From contig JBNAVN010000001.1 in NCBI GenBank assembly GCA_049700315.1, positions 4,776 to 68,775 on the forward strand: 64,000 nt of DNA, written 5' to 3'. Below the pieces are notes generated by a model that saw nothing but the letters and a program-made list of their open reading frames with translations, had not been told where the DNA came from and did not search any database. The stretch comes from a bacterium (GTDB taxonomy: Bacteria > Hydrothermota > Tepidihabitantia > SM23-42 > JAOAFX01). The position numbers and the translations under genes were made by a program. This document shows positions 48,256 to 58,900 of this stretch, piece by piece. Numbering within the stretch: position 1 is the stretch's first letter; every line of letters begins with the position of its first letter.

Positions 48256-51027
48256 TTAAAATCCTAAACCAACACCGATTCGTATCCGGAAAGGACCATT
48301 GTAATTTGTTGGGTCAAGATAGTAGTCTGTTCTCGTTGCGATATATGCTGTCTTCATCTCCGGCGGTGTAATCAGTCCATCGTGGTTATAATCTGCCTGT
48401 GGTGAGTATCGGGTTGAGGCAATAGTGATATTACCAAACTGAGTGAGCGTAGGTTCCGCATCACCATGATTGTCCGGGTCGCCAGTAGTAGTGTAGACAT
48501 CAATGATTTGTTTTGTATTAAAGAGATTCTCAACCAGTGCGCTTAAAAGGAATTTCGCCGGACCAATCCTTATCAGTTTGCTCGCATTCATATCCACACC
48601 CCACCAACCAGGCATCCTTGCTGAATTTTCATCACCGAGTTTGTTCCCTCTCAAATCAACAGGTGTATATGGATGTCCTGAATGGTAGGACAAGACAAAT
48701 GAGGAATTGAAGTCCTGCAGGGGAATAAAGATGAAATCATGTGGTAAGGAAAGATCAAGATTGGCATTCACAATATTCCGCTCGTCAAAGTCAAGCCAGT
48801 AATCTATGACCGGAGGTTGCAAAGGTAATCCTGTGATCGGATCAATTCCGCCGTAGTAGAAATCATAATAGAATTCGCCCGCATAAGAAGCAGTTCCTTT
48901 TGCAAACTGAAGTGTGTAACTCAATCCAAATGCCCATACACTATTTGCCATTAGTTTGTCAAGCCGAATCTCAAATCCCTTGATATTTCCGTAGTCAACA
49001 TTGAAAAACTGGAAGTAAGGCATTGGCAGGGCAATAACCTGACGAATCTGCGATAGGTCATAGACATCCTTGAAATATGCAGTAAAGCCCAATACCACGT
49101 CCTGAGTGAACTGATTTTCAATACCAACTTCATACTGAACTGTTTTCTCTGGTTTCATAAAGATATTTCCAACGATGGTGTTCCCTCGTGAAAGTGCAAG
49201 CCTGATCACTGCGGTGTCAGTAGTGCCAAACATATCATCAAGTGCAGGCAACTGGAAATAATGTCCATAATTGAAACGGAATTTCATTCTTTCGGTTACC
49301 GGTAAAGAGAAACCAATTCTTGGTGAAACCCTATAACTCTTTTCTGCCCAGCTGAGTGTATCATTTTTGGGGTCATTCGGAACTTTGTAGGTGAAGCTAT
49401 TAGGATCAAAATAGTCAAATCTTATCCCAAGTCGCGCAATCAAACCTTCAAAATCCATTTTGTCCTGGAGATACGCAGCAACCTTGAATGGTGTTCGCTC
49501 ATAGTAATCCCAGAATGGATTTGCAACCCAGGGAAGGTTATTATCATAGTATTTCAGATTGTAGGTCACATAGTCAACGCCGGTTTTGAATTCGTGAATT
49601 TTACCGATTGCATGAGAAACATCAAATCTCGCCTGGATATCATCATTCTGCCAGTATCTCCAGACCCGGTAATCACCATAAGTGTAAAACCAGTTTTCAA
49701 TTCCATAAGGATTATGCCGCAATGCTAATTCTCCACTGTTGTTATATTCTGTATGATATTGCATTACACTATCAACAATCACATCTTTGGGAGGCAAATC
49801 ACCTTCAGTAAGGTACTCTATACAATGTTCTGCCTTGAGCCGGTAATCAGAATACCACTGATGGTCATTTTCCTGTTCCCAGGCATAATCCCTTGTTCCA
49901 TAGAGTCGGTCATAATGGGTCATTCCTGCTTTAAGAGAAAACAGGGTCTGGGCAGTGAGCATATAGTTGAATGTTGAAGAAAGTATGTAATTTTTTGTCC
50001 TGCTCATTGGTCTATTTTGAAAATACTTCAAACCCCCTGATGACCAGGTCACATACTGATCCCGTGAATTGAATCCACTCAGTGTAATTTTGCCTTTATT
50101 GTTCGGCATCGTATATGAGAGTCTTCCTTGTGCGCGATAAGTATTTCTTGGTGAAGGTACTTTGTATAATGCCTCGGCATAGGCATCGGTTAAGGTCAAT
50201 TCTCCAGAAAGGAAATATTTTATTCTATGAACTGCAGGTAGTGGACCACCCAGGGATAAATCATAAAAGTTATAACCAGTATTCAGTTTTTCCTTAAGTG
50301 CATCCATTGAGAAAATTTCATCGGTCAGATACCGGAAATTGCCGGATGGTTTTGTTCCACCTTCTTTTGTCACAACATTAATGATGCCTGAAAGTGCATC
50401 ACCATATTCTGCATCAAAACCGCCACTAACCACTGATACTTCTTCCACGGCTGAGGCGTTTATCTGAGTTGATAATGCACCAGTGTGTGGCACCTTGGTC
50501 ATAATACCATCAACATAGTAAGTGACTTCTTCGTTTCTGCCACCACGAATATGGGTTCCAAGATTGGATGTAGATACACCAGCTTGCAAGGTAACAACCT
50601 GGTTAATTGTGGTCACAGGTAAACGGGCAATGTCTTGCGAGGTTACTGAATGTCCACTCTGCACCTGAGAAGCAACAATCGGTGGTTTCTCAGCAACGAC
50701 CGTGACTTTTTCAACTTCAATCACAGTTGGTTTCAATCGGAAATTCAGATTGGTGGTCTGGTCAGCATTGACAATCACCTGGGTATAGGTATATGGATCG
50801 TAACCCAAATATGAAGCAGTAACCACATAGTTTCCTGCAGGCACATAGAGAATCACATAATCACCCTTTTCATCAGTTGCACCACCAAGCTCTGTACCTT
50901 CAATAATCACATCCGCGCCAATCAAAGGTTCACCGGTTTCAGCGTCTCTTACCTTACCGGTAATCTTTCCATATTCAGCACCAAATAAGAGTGCGCCGGC
51001 AAGGATTAAGGCCCATAGCTTTTTCAT
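48256..51027 (-). CDS. TonB-dependent receptor with N-terminal carboxypeptidase-regulatory-like domain
   Basis: CarbopepD_reg-like GKITGKVRDAETGEPLIGADVII. Plug region. 923 aa barrel ending in a terminal aromatic (GVGLGF). Confidence 0.85.
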   Translation of the reverse strand: MKKLWALILAGALLFGAEYGKITGKVRDAETGEPLIGADVIIEGTELGGATDEKGDYVILYVPAGNYVVTASYLGYDPYTYTQVIVNADQTTNLNFRLKPTVIEVEKVTVVAEKPPIVASQVQSGHSVTSQDIARLPVTTINQVVTLQAGVSTSNLGTHIRGGRNEEVTYYVDGIMTKVPHTGALSTQINASAVEEVSVVSGGFDAEYGDALSGIINVVTKEGGTKPSGNFRYLTDEIFSMDALKEKLNTGYNFYDLSLGGPLPAVHRIKYFLSGELTLTDAYAEALYKVPSPRNTYRAQGRLSYTMPNNKGKITLSGFNSRDQYVTWSSGGLKYFQNRPMSRTKNYILSSTFNYMLTAQTLFSLKAGMTHYDRLYGTRDYAWEQENDHQWYSDYRLKAEHCIEYLTEGDLPPKDVIVDSVMQYHTEYNNSGELALRHNPYGIENWFYTYGDYRVWRYWQNDDIQARFDVSHAIGKIHEFKTGVDYVTYNLKYYDNNLPWVANPFWDYYERTPFKVAAYLQDKMDFEGLIARLGIRFDYFDPNSFTYKVPNDPKNDTLSWAEKSYRVSPRIGFSLPVTERMKFRFNYGHYFQLPALDDMFGTTDTAVIRLALSRGNTIVGNIFMKPEKTVQYEVGIENQFTQDVVLGFTAYFKDVYDLSQIRQVIALPMPYFQFFNVDYGNIKGFEIRLDKLMANSVWAFGLSYTLQFAKGTASYAGEFYYDFYYGGIDPITGLPLQPPVIDYWLDFDERNIVNANLDLSLPHDFIFIPLQDFNSSFVLSYHSGHPYTPVDLRGNKLGDENSARMPGWWGVDMNASKLIRIGPAKFLLSALVENLFNTKQIIDVYTTTGDPDNHGDAEPTLTQFGNITIASTRYSPQADYNHDGLITPPEMKTAYIATRTDYYLDPTNYNGPFRIRIGVGLGF

Positions 51028-51038
51028 TGCACACCTCC

Positions 51039-52073
51039 TTAATTAACCCTTACGGGTATAAGCCAGAATCTTGCTAATAATTGACTGGCAGGTTTCACAT
51101 AGATCAATCCGTCGGTTACGATCACTTCAATAACAAGATTTTTCACACCTGTGCCACTGATTCCAATCTTTCCTGAACCACCTGGCAATTGAACCTTCTT
51201 GCCATCCTGAATCGCAAAGAATGTGCAGAGATCACTCGTAATTGTCCCGGAAAGAGTAATTGCGATTGTCACTGAGTCACCAGCACTATACTCAAGTAGC
51301 GAATCTATTGAGCGGAAACGGTTCATTGCATGATGCGGATACAGTGTATCGGTATTACTCGCCCATACTGTATCAATTCTGGATGTGTTCTGGGAAGTCA
51401 ATATTGCGGTATAAATGTACGGAATACTGGCAGCACGATTCGGTAATCCATAATTACCGTAGGAAATTCTTTTCAAAATCCATTCCCGTGGTTCCTTGAT
51501 TTTCAACACTGAATCGCCAAGTTCTTCATCCCATACTTTTTCTTTTACTGGTTCCACATACAGATGACGCAGTCCTTCTACAGTGATGGTATCATAAGAA
51601 TAATATCCACCAGTGCTATCCACGATCACAATGTCAAGTTTTTTGTTTGTATCACCCTGCCAGAAATAATAACCTTTGTACAAAGTATCATAATGGACCT
51701 CCTGTATGAGGTTAAATGTATCGTAAAGATACACTGTGCAGGTCGTATCTTTTGTATACCAGAGGTCCTTAAAACGGGAACTTGATGCAATCTTGTCATG
51801 AAGACTATCTACATGCTGTTTAACAAGCACTGATTCAGTCTTAAAGTATGAATCTGCCACTGGAAATGTAACTGCTGCAAGTGTTATCGGAATGTAACTA
51901 TCCAGAAAGACATCGTCGGTCTTAAGAAACTCCGAATGTGCATCAAGCACAGCATTGATCAATGTGTCATCTCTTGGTGTCCCGTCGTAGAAACCTTCTG
52001 GTGGCTCATTACCACAACTAACAAATGCTAATGCCAATATTGCCAACAGGCAAAGCCAGTTCATCCTATTCAT
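51039..52073 (-). CDS. Hypothetical lipoprotein
   Basis: Lipobox LAFVSC. 344 aa. Confidence 0.5.
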   Translation of the reverse strand: MNRMNWLCLLAILALAFVSCGNEPPEGFYDGTPRDDTLINAVLDAHSEFLKTDDVFLDSYIPITLAAVTFPVADSYFKTESVLVKQHVDSLHDKIASSSRFKDLWYTKDTTCTVYLYDTFNLIQEVHYDTLYKGYYFWQGDTNKKLDIVIVDSTGGYYSYDTITVEGLRHLYVEPVKEKVWDEELGDSVLKIKEPREWILKRISYGNYGLPNRAASIPYIYTAILTSQNTSRIDTVWASNTDTLYPHHAMNRFRSIDSLLEYSAGDSVTIAITLSGTITSDLCTFFAIQDGKKVQLPGGSGKIGISGTGVKNLVIEVIVTDGLIYVKPASQLLARFWLIPVRVN

Positions 52074-52201
52074 TTATGCCTCCTTTGCTTTGTTTCTTCA
52101 ATATTTATTTTTTGTCTCTTTTTTGCTTTTATTTCTCACCCCCTTTTTTTGCTAATATTATATATCTATTATAATAAAAAAAAAGAATTTGTCAAGGGTA
52201 T

Positions 52202-52834
52202 TCATTTGAATTTGAACTCTATCTTTCTAAAAACCCAAACCCTGACAAGTTTGTCCCGTTGTTTTGCCGGCGTAAACTTATATTTCCACACGCTTGCAAC
52301 TGCTGCTTCATCAAGGAGTTGATTACCGCTGGATTTGACAACCTGAACATCAATCACACTACCATCAATATTCACCAAGAATTTCACCTGCAGACTACCT
52401 TCAATGCCTGCCCTTTTTACCAGTTCAGGCCATTCAGGGGGTGGCATTGATATGGGCTGTGGTTTTACCTCTACTTTAAAATAGGGAACCACTTCAATCT
52501 CCGGACCTGTAGGCTGGGTTCTTATAATGTCTTCCCGGAATTCAGTCGCTGCAATTGTTTCAACTGCTTCTTCAGCAACTTCGGTTGCGGCTGCTGCCAC
52601 TGCAACCTTTGGTCTTTCCACTGGTGGTGGCTCTTCATATTTCTCAATCTCAGCGGAGATTTGCTCAACCATCGTTACAATCTCTTTTCTCAACTTATAA
52701 GGTTCAACCTCAGCATAGGGTAAAAACAGAAATAACAGGATTAGAATGATTATGCCCAGGAGCATACCAGTGCGGAAATATACACCATACATCAATTTAT
52801 GGTCGCGCATATTAACCTCCAAATTCAGTGGCAA
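52202..52834 (-). CDS. tonB: Energy transducer TonB family protein
   Basis: N-terminal TM, Pro/Glu/Ala-rich linker, C-terminal TonB domain (GIEGSLQVKFLVNIDGSVIDVQVVKSSG). Confidence 0.8.
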   Translation of the reverse strand: MPLNLEVNMRDHKLMYGVYFRTGMLLGIIILILLFLFLPYAEVEPYKLRKEIVTMVEQISAEIEKYEEPPPVERPKVAVAAAATEVAEEAVETIAATEFREDIIRTQPTGPEIEVVPYFKVEVKPQPISMPPPEWPELVKRAGIEGSLQVKFLVNIDGSVIDVQVVKSSGNQLLDEAAVASVWKYKFTPAKQRDKLVRVWVFRKIEFKFK

Positions 52835-53231
52835 AAGTTATCTTAAATGCCCGAGACTCTTTCAGTTGATCAAGAACAACATCAACAGTGCCATATTCAA
52901 TATTTTCATCAATGTTGAGAATCGTAACCAGCTCTGGATTTTCTGCAATCTTGGGGAGCATTTTTGTACTCACCCTTTCCTTTGGAACAAGACTATCATC
53001 AATAAACACCCTGCCGTTATTATCAACCCAGACATGGGTGATATTTCTTCGGATCAAGATTCTTTCAGTAGATTTTGCCTTGGGTAAAATAAGTTTAAGA
53101 TTGAGTGCAGTTGCTCTGAACACGGTTGTCACCATAAAGAAAAGAATCAACAAGAATGCAACATCAGCAGTTGATGCAGTGGGAATGTCCGGTGTTTTTG
53201 TAAATCTTCTTATAATACTCTTACGCATCAT
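52812..53231 (-). CDS. exbD: Biopolymer transporter ExbD/TolR (paralogue 2)
   Basis: 139 aa. N-terminal TM with ADVAFLLILFFMVTTVF motif. Confidence 0.8.
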   Translation of the reverse strand: MMRKSIIRRFTKTPDIPTASTADVAFLLILFFMVTTVFRATALNLKLILPKAKSTERILIRRNITHVWVDNNGRVFIDDSLVPKERVSTKMLPKIAENPELVTILNIDENIEYGTVDVVLDQLKESRAFKITFATEFGG

Positions 53232-53692
53232 TCCTCACTGGTTGGTATTAAACTTATCTTATTTGCCCTCAACTCCCTGCCATCCTGGGTGATAACCCGA
53301 CACAGTTTTATCTGGTCAAGCACTGAAATCATTGCCTGATATCTTGCATCCTTACTTGTTCTCAATGAAACCACAAGCAGGGTATCCCGTTCAAGAAGTT
53401 TTTCTTCAACTATCCGGCGGACTTCAGAGTATTGCTGTGGAGAAATATCAATTCCATCATATCCGGAAGCCTTTAATTTCAATGCGCCTTCAGGATTGAT
53501 CAGAATTGAAACAACATTTTCTGGTTTGACCTTGGTCTCGGTCTGGGATTTTTCAGGCAGGAGCATTTTTATACCTTTTTCCCGGGTAAATACTGTGGTT
53601 GTCATAAAGAAGATGATTATCAAGAATGCGATATCGCCCATTGAGGCAGTAGGGATGATGGCGCTTATTTTTTTCTTCGCCCTCAACTCCAT
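53228..53692 (-). CDS. exbD: Biopolymer transporter ExbD/TolR (paralogue 1)
   Basis: 154 aa. MGDIAFLIIIFFMTTTVF. Confidence 0.8.
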   Translation of the reverse strand: MELRAKKKISAIIPTASMGDIAFLIIIFFMTTTVFTREKGIKMLLPEKSQTETKVKPENVVSILINPEGALKLKASGYDGIDISPQQYSEVRRIVEEKLLERDTLLVVSLRTSKDARYQAMISVLDQIKLCRVITQDGRELRANKISLIPTSEE

Positions 53693-54316
53693 CTATTTTT
53701 TCCTTTTCTGATAATGTTCAATCATATAGTCAATCAAGCCCGCAGCAACCTCTTCCATATCCTTTGTGTATCCATCAACCTTACCGGAGAAGAGAATGTG
53801 CAATATTGCCAGGGGGGTTGCGATAATCAAACCCCATTTGGTTGTAATCAATGCCTCAGAAATACCACTGGCAACGATTGTTGGTTCAACCTCGCCTGCT
53901 GCTGCTATTGCTGCAAATGCACGAATCATTCCTGTAACAGTACCCAAAAATCCTAAGAATGGTGCAACCGTAGTCAAACCTGCTAATAAAGCCATACCCC
54001 GGTCCAAAAATCCCAGTTCAATTGCTGCAGCACGGGCAGCAACCTCTTCCATTGCATCCTTACCTTTGTCTGCCTTTTGCAGAATCTCTCTGGCAATTTT
54101 TGCGGCCGGAGATGTTGTATGGTCACACAGCGCAATACCAGCATCAACACCCTGGGCATCAATTGTAGAAATGAGTTTCTCCAGGAAACTCTTGGGATTT
54201 AATCTTATCTTTATCAAAAGTGAAAAAAGCCGCTCAAGTATTATGCCCAGTGCCAGTATAATGCACACCAATAATAACCACATCACACCACCACCAATTG
54301 TAAATTCCCTAACCAT
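53693..54316 (-). CDS. exbB: MotA/TolQ/ExbB proton-channel family protein
   Basis: 207 aa. Three TM helices. Conserved GLLGTVTGMIRAF region. Confidence 0.85.
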   Translation of the reverse strand: MVREFTIGGGVMWLLLVCIILALGIILERLFSLLIKIRLNPKSFLEKLISTIDAQGVDAGIALCDHTTSPAAKIAREILQKADKGKDAMEEVAARAAAIELGFLDRGMALLAGLTTVAPFLGFLGTVTGMIRAFAAIAAAGEVEPTIVASGISEALITTKWGLIIATPLAILHILFSGKVDGYTKDMEEVAAGLIDYMIEHYQKRKK

Positions 54317-54378
54317 AAGATAAGCCTCCTTTCAATTATTATTATAGATTATATTAAATTTGCTGACAATGTCAAGCC

Positions 54379-54729
54379 TCATTTTGAACTTGCACTATAA
54401 TAGAGTACTCCGCCGATAAGCGGGAAAAGACCCGCACCAAAAAACAGAAAACTCTCATACCGTGCAAGCACGAGAGAACGCACAATCAAATCAAAAAGGT
54501 CACCTGGACCGGCAACGCTCAGAAGTGGAAAATAGAAGACAATACGGTAGATATGGAATACGGCAACTGCAATCAGAAATACACAACCGATCACAGGGAA
54601 AATCCATATTCCTTTACCACCAATTAAATTCAACAATCTTTTCAGAATCAAACCAAAGATTATCAATGAAACAATGGCGAGCAGTATCGCCACCATGAAG
54701 ATGACTTCTGCCAAAATATCAGCCCTCAT
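54379..54729 (-). CDS. Small polytopic membrane protein (hypothetical)
   Basis: 116 aa with three hydrophobic helices. Confidence 0.45.
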   Translation of the reverse strand: MRADILAEVIFMVAILLAIVSLIIFGLILKRLLNLIGGKGIWIFPVIGCVFLIAVAVFHIYRIVFYFPLLSVAGPGDLFDLIVRSLVLARYESFLFFGAGLFPLIGGVLYYSASSK

Positions 54730-54805
54730 TATACCTCCTTGTTAACATGGTTAACCAATATAGTCCAGCGTCTCAACCCAAACCCAATGACCATTTTGTA
54801 GTACT

Positions 54806-55174
54806 TCATTTCCCTTTAGTGACTCCATAGAATCTCAAATTTGCTACGAGAGAGAGAATACCTGAAAGAAAGAATAGACCATATGCAAGGTAGTTAATGC
54901 CGCCCTTCGGAAGCATCATTTTTCCACCAATGCCGCAGAATATCAATTGGATCAATGCAAAAAGTAAAATACCTGTGGGTGCAATCACCATAAACTGCCA
55001 GTTTGTTTTTTCACCAAGCACAATCTCATATCTGCGGGCAATTATGCCCAAAAATATGAACGCAAACCATAACAATACCGCACCCAGAACCAATACATAG
55101 TTCGGGAAAATTGCCAGCGCTTGATAAGTAGAAGGTTCAATCCCGAATGGTGCGGAAAATAAAATCAATCCCAT
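54806..55174 (-). CDS. Small polytopic membrane protein (hypothetical)
   Basis: 122 aa with four hydrophobic helices. Confidence 0.45.
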   Translation of the reverse strand: MGLILFSAPFGIEPSTYQALAIFPNYVLVLGAVLLWFAFIFLGIIARRYEIVLGEKTNWQFMVIAPTGILLFALIQLIFCGIGGKMMLPKGGINYLAYGLFFLSGILSLVANLRFYGVTKGK

Positions 55175-55204
55175 AAAACCTCCTTTTCCTAAAACTCAGA
55201 TGTA

Positions 55205-55792
55205 TCACTTCAGTTTCCCCAAAAGTTTATTCGTCAAATCTTTGCCTTTTGTCGGACCAACAATCATACCTGCTGCCTTGCCCAGGGCAAAGATGAATCT
55301 CCTTATGTCTTCTTCATAAAGTTCATCTGCTTTTATTCTCTGCGCCTTGAGCTGATTCTGATATACCCTTTCTGTAAAATCACCCAAATAATCCTGAATA
55401 ACTGCTTTTAGTTGGTCAAGAAATTCTGGCGCAAATTTCTCTTTTGGTCTTTCTGCTTCAACAACCTCGGTCTTTTGCTTGGTTCTGATCTCCTTAATTG
55501 CATTCAAGATAGTATCCAGTATTTCTGTCTGGGTTGTAGCATAAATGTGTCCAATCATTTCATTTTCAGCAATGTCACAAAGCAGACTTTGATTACTACC
55601 AACGATTTCAATGGTATCAATCTTAATACCACCTACTGCACCAATGGATTCAAAAAGAACAGTTCCAGTTTGTGAAAACTTTGACTTTTTCTGTTCACCA
55701 CCCTTAGAAGTAATCGTCTCTCCATCTTTCATTACAATAAAAGGCAAACCCAAACCTCGTTCTTCAATCTTGTTCAGTATCTCTTCATTCAT
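55205..55792 (-). CDS. Hypothetical protein, possibly roadblock/LC7-like N-domain
   Basis: 195 aa. The segment GAVGGIKIDTIEIVGSNQSLLCDIAENEMIGHIY weakly resembles the roadblock fold. Confidence 0.4.
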   Translation of the reverse strand: MNEEILNKIEERGLGLPFIVMKDGETITSKGGEQKKSKFSQTGTVLFESIGAVGGIKIDTIEIVGSNQSLLCDIAENEMIGHIYATTQTEILDTILNAIKEIRTKQKTEVVEAERPKEKFAPEFLDQLKAVIQDYLGDFTERVYQNQLKAQRIKADELYEEDIRRFIFALGKAAGMIVGPTKGKDLTNKLLGKLK

Positions 55793-55803
55793 CTCTTACC
55801 CCC

Positions 55804-56589
55804 TTATATCTGCTTCATTTTTTCAATAACTGCCTGGACTTTTACCCGTGCCTGAGATGATCCCATTTCTTCAACTGCCTTTTTAACAAGAAAGTCAATC
55901 ACAGTACGCAGTATCTGCACAATATCATCCTCTTTTTCAGGTGGCGGAGTCTGCTTGAATTCTATTTTTTCACCAATAATACCTATCATTGGCAATATAT
56001 CAGTAGCAATCACCCCAAGCCCCTGATTCAGAATACCGAGCCAGTGTTCCTTTTTCCCACCACTTCCAAATTCTTCAACCAGCAGGTTTATCTGGGTCAA
56101 TTTAGAATTAATGCCCCGGGACAATTGTATTTCAACCTTTGGTGGTACCGGCGGAGGTTTGACTTCTTCAACAACCTTCTCTTCAATTACCTTTTCCTCA
56201 ACCTTCTCCTCAATTTTTTCTTCAACCTGAATTTCAGGTTTTTCTTCAACCTTTTCTTCTATCTTTTCCTCTTTGACCGGAACCATCTGTTCCTTAATTC
56301 TTTCAATAATATCCAACGGTCTTTCATCTCGTACCACCTCAACTCCAAGGTATTTGCCGCTATGGATAAAAATTATCAAACGATTTGCTCCATAACACAT
56401 AGAAACAAACTTTATCTCACCTAAGTTCAGTGTGTTTTTTATTACCTCAGCAGCCGAGGAGAAAAATGCAGTAAGGTCACCAAGGGGCGAAGTTGATGAA
56501 CCCTTGACTTTTTCTATTGAACCATCCTCGGCATTAACCACTGCATAATTGATTATTCCCGGAATCTTATCTAATATTTCCATTCCCAA
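55804..56589 (-). CDS. Roadblock/LC7 (MglB-like) domain protein with E/K-rich repeat linker
   Basis: N-terminal ~100 aa roadblock-like. Then (EEKxE)n repeats and PPPVPP. Confidence 0.55.
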   Translation of the reverse strand: MGMEILDKIPGIINYAVVNAEDGSIEKVKGSSTSPLGDLTAFFSSAAEVIKNTLNLGEIKFVSMCYGANRLIIFIHSGKYLGVEVVRDERPLDIIERIKEQMVPVKEEKIEEKVEEKPEIQVEEKIEEKVEEKVIEEKVVEEVKPPPVPPKVEIQLSRGINSKLTQINLLVEEFGSGGKKEHWLGILNQGLGVIATDILPMIGIIGEKIEFKQTPPPEKEDDIVQILRTVIDFLVKKAVEEMGSSQARVKVQAVIEKMKQI

Positions 56590-56596
56590 CTCCTTT

Positions 56597-57433
56597 CTAT
56601 TTCAATCCTGCATAGAGTTCATCCATCTTCTTTTTGAATAGCAATTTTCCATAAAGCTGTGGTCCTTCGCTGTTTACGAATTGCTCAAATTTTTTTCTGA
56701 ACTTATCAATCTGCTCCTGAGTCAATGGATTTTGCACAGTAATCTCCAGGGTATCTTCATCAACCTTAAATGCTGAACCCAATGATTGATTTTCGGGTTC
56801 CATTTCCGACCATCTTCTGTACCAGTTTAATCCATTCTTCCCAAATGTTTTGAAAAAAACATTAAAATAATGAATCAAAACCGCCATCAATCTTTCCGCT
56901 TCTCTGGGGTCGTAAATAAGCCCCTGTTCTTTGAGCCAGATAATCGTCTTTATTGTTTCATAGCCACCTAATTGAGATTGGGCAATGATTTCATTTAATG
57001 TTCTCTTGCCATCAACCATTGCCAGAACCTGCCAATCTGTACGCCGGAGCGCAACTGCCGAAGGTAATTCTTTTGTTGATTTTGCCAATACCGCATCCCG
57101 CGGTGGCAAGCGGTCTTTGATCTTTTCAAATTCAACACGCCTCTTTTCAATATTTTCATTTAACTTTCCCACATCTTCAGATATTGTCTGTTCAATTGCC
57201 CTTATCCCCGTTTCAAATGTCGCATGTTCAAGCCGGGCAAGTGTAAGATTAAGAAGTGATTCAAATCCCTTTTCCATACCATCAGTGGCATGAACAATAT
57301 ATCCTTCCTTCACATATACTTCACCATTCAATTCTCCACTCACCTTTAACAGACCAGTCTTTTTCAATTGAACAAGAAAATTTAATATATCAAAAAGATT
57401 AAATTCTTTCAAATTAATTTCAATATCTATCAT
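56597..57433 (-). CDS. DUF4388 domain protein
   Basis: N-terminal LFDILNFLVQLKKTGLLKVSGELNGEVYVKEGYIVHA matches the DUF4388 signature. Confidence 0.6.
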   Translation of the reverse strand: MIDIEINLKEFNLFDILNFLVQLKKTGLLKVSGELNGEVYVKEGYIVHATDGMEKGFESLLNLTLARLEHATFETGIRAIEQTISEDVGKLNENIEKRRVEFEKIKDRLPPRDAVLAKSTKELPSAVALRRTDWQVLAMVDGKRTLNEIIAQSQLGGYETIKTIIWLKEQGLIYDPREAERLMAVLIHYFNVFFKTFGKNGLNWYRRWSEMEPENQSLGSAFKVDEDTLEITVQNPLTQEQIDKFRKKFEQFVNSEGPQLYGKLLFKKKMDELYAGLK

Positions 57434-58051
57434 TTATATCACTCCTAACCAGTTATGCAAAAGAAAATAGACTCTACCGATAAACAACGATACACGAGCC
57501 ATAATTGTATAACCGAAAGATGCGCCAAACGATACCATCATAAACCAGATACCGATTTTTGCCCCAGTGCCCAGGGGACCTTTGTGTTCTTTGGAAAAAT
57601 AGAAATAAAGGAGTGTAAAGATTACACCAAGAATAATCAAAATATTGGAAAATGTAGTAAACACAGAGATATTTTTCAAAGGTAGAAAGGTTGCCTGTAA
57701 TTGCGGGAAAATATCACCTTGAACAATCTGAGTTATGGATACGGCCATCGCTATGCCCATGGTAAATGTGAGGGGAATGCGAATCATCCAGGAGATTTTG
57801 GGGATGAGCGGAGCAAACATCAAAAAACCTATAAAAATGGGAAAGATATTGTACCATTGTCCCTTCTGAAACAAGGGTTCAAAGAGGTTGGGCCAGGCAA
57901 AATCATACCAGAGCACGACTGCCCAATATCCTGCCGAAACACCAACAAAAATATTTTCAGCAATCTTATAAAAAGGATTATCCTTGTACAAAAATGAGTA
58001 TATTGCCAGGGTCAGCAATGCAGCAATCCATATACCTATTATATTTATCAT
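57434..58051 (-). CDS. Module copy 3, protein D
   Basis: 205 aa. FLYKDNPFY, SWMIRIPL, SKEHKG, VMARVSLFIGR. Abuts the DUF4388 gene with no gap. Confidence 0.8.
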   Translation of the reverse strand: MINIIGIWIAALLTLAIYSFLYKDNPFYKIAENIFVGVSAGYWAVVLWYDFAWPNLFEPLFQKGQWYNIFPIFIGFLMFAPLIPKISWMIRIPLTFTMGIAMAVSITQIVQGDIFPQLQATFLPLKNISVFTTFSNILIILGVIFTLLYFYFSKEHKGPLGTGAKIGIWFMMVSFGASFGYTIMARVSLFIGRVYFLLHNWLGVI

Positions 58052-58869
58052 TTTTTTCTCCGCTGGTAAACCAATATCACATTGCCAAGCACAATAAATC
58101 CAACAAGGAGTAGATGAACAATAGATTGGGCATCCATTCCCCTCAAACCTCTGCCCTTTCTGTCAACAAGTGTTTCATATTCTGCGGCACCTTTTAATCC
58201 GCCCAAAAGCCCAACCAACTGTCCTGAACTCAGATAGGCATATTGTTGTGGTGCCATAATCGCAGTAGTTGCACCACAAATCGGCACACCGTAACGGGCG
58301 TGGAAATAAATTATCCAGTGGAGAATACCAGGATCACCCGCAGAAAAGGTCATGACGGCCTTGATGTCCTTTGCTGATTTTACTGCCCTGCCCAAAGCAA
58401 ATGAGTCTATCAGAATACCTTGATAATCAACTTTTATCACATCTGAAAAACTGCGCCCCAAACTCAAAAGCATTACTGCACCACCAGGCCGATAACCAAC
58501 ATTGATATAGTCTTCACCATATCTTTTGTTATAAATGCGGGCAAGACTGCTCAGGGCAATATTTCCAAGTTCACTACCAGCAGGCCATAAGCCCATCATA
58601 TATATTTTCAAATCTCTGCGAAAACAATGTTCAATTACTGCTTCAGTTGCCGGATAAAGTTCTGCCTCACTGCCCGGGTCATAATCAGTAGAAATAAGTA
58701 TTATAGAACCGCGGGGCAATGATTCAATTTTATCATAGACATTTTTAACCGGTTTCGTAATATCAACCGGTAGATTCAATGGCACAATCATCGGAATGAT
58801 AACTGCCAGTGCAACGAGAAGAAAAATAATTCTACGATCAAGACGGGCAAGAGATTCAATGATATTCAT
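58048..58869 (-). CDS. Module copy 3, protein C
   Basis: 273 aa. LARLDRRIIFLLVALAV, DYDPGSEAELYPATEAVIEHCF. TM at both ends. Confidence 0.8.
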   Translation of the reverse strand: MNIIESLARLDRRIIFLLVALAVIIPMIVPLNLPVDITKPVKNVYDKIESLPRGSIILISTDYDPGSEAELYPATEAVIEHCFRRDLKIYMMGLWPAGSELGNIALSSLARIYNKRYGEDYINVGYRPGGAVMLLSLGRSFSDVIKVDYQGILIDSFALGRAVKSAKDIKAVMTFSAGDPGILHWIIYFHARYGVPICGATTAIMAPQQYAYLSSGQLVGLLGGLKGAAEYETLVDRKGRGLRGMDAQSIVHLLLVGFIVLGNVILVYQRRKK

Positions 58870-58900
58870 AATTTAGTGCTTCCGCAAAACGATAGACTTT

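Noticed and set aside
48256-52073. SusC/SusD-type polysaccharide utilisation pair
   Set aside because: The lipoprotein lies upstream of (not downstream of) the TonB-dependent receptor and shows no SusD-like TPR architecture by eye. Left as a generic TonB-dependent receptor plus lipoprotein.
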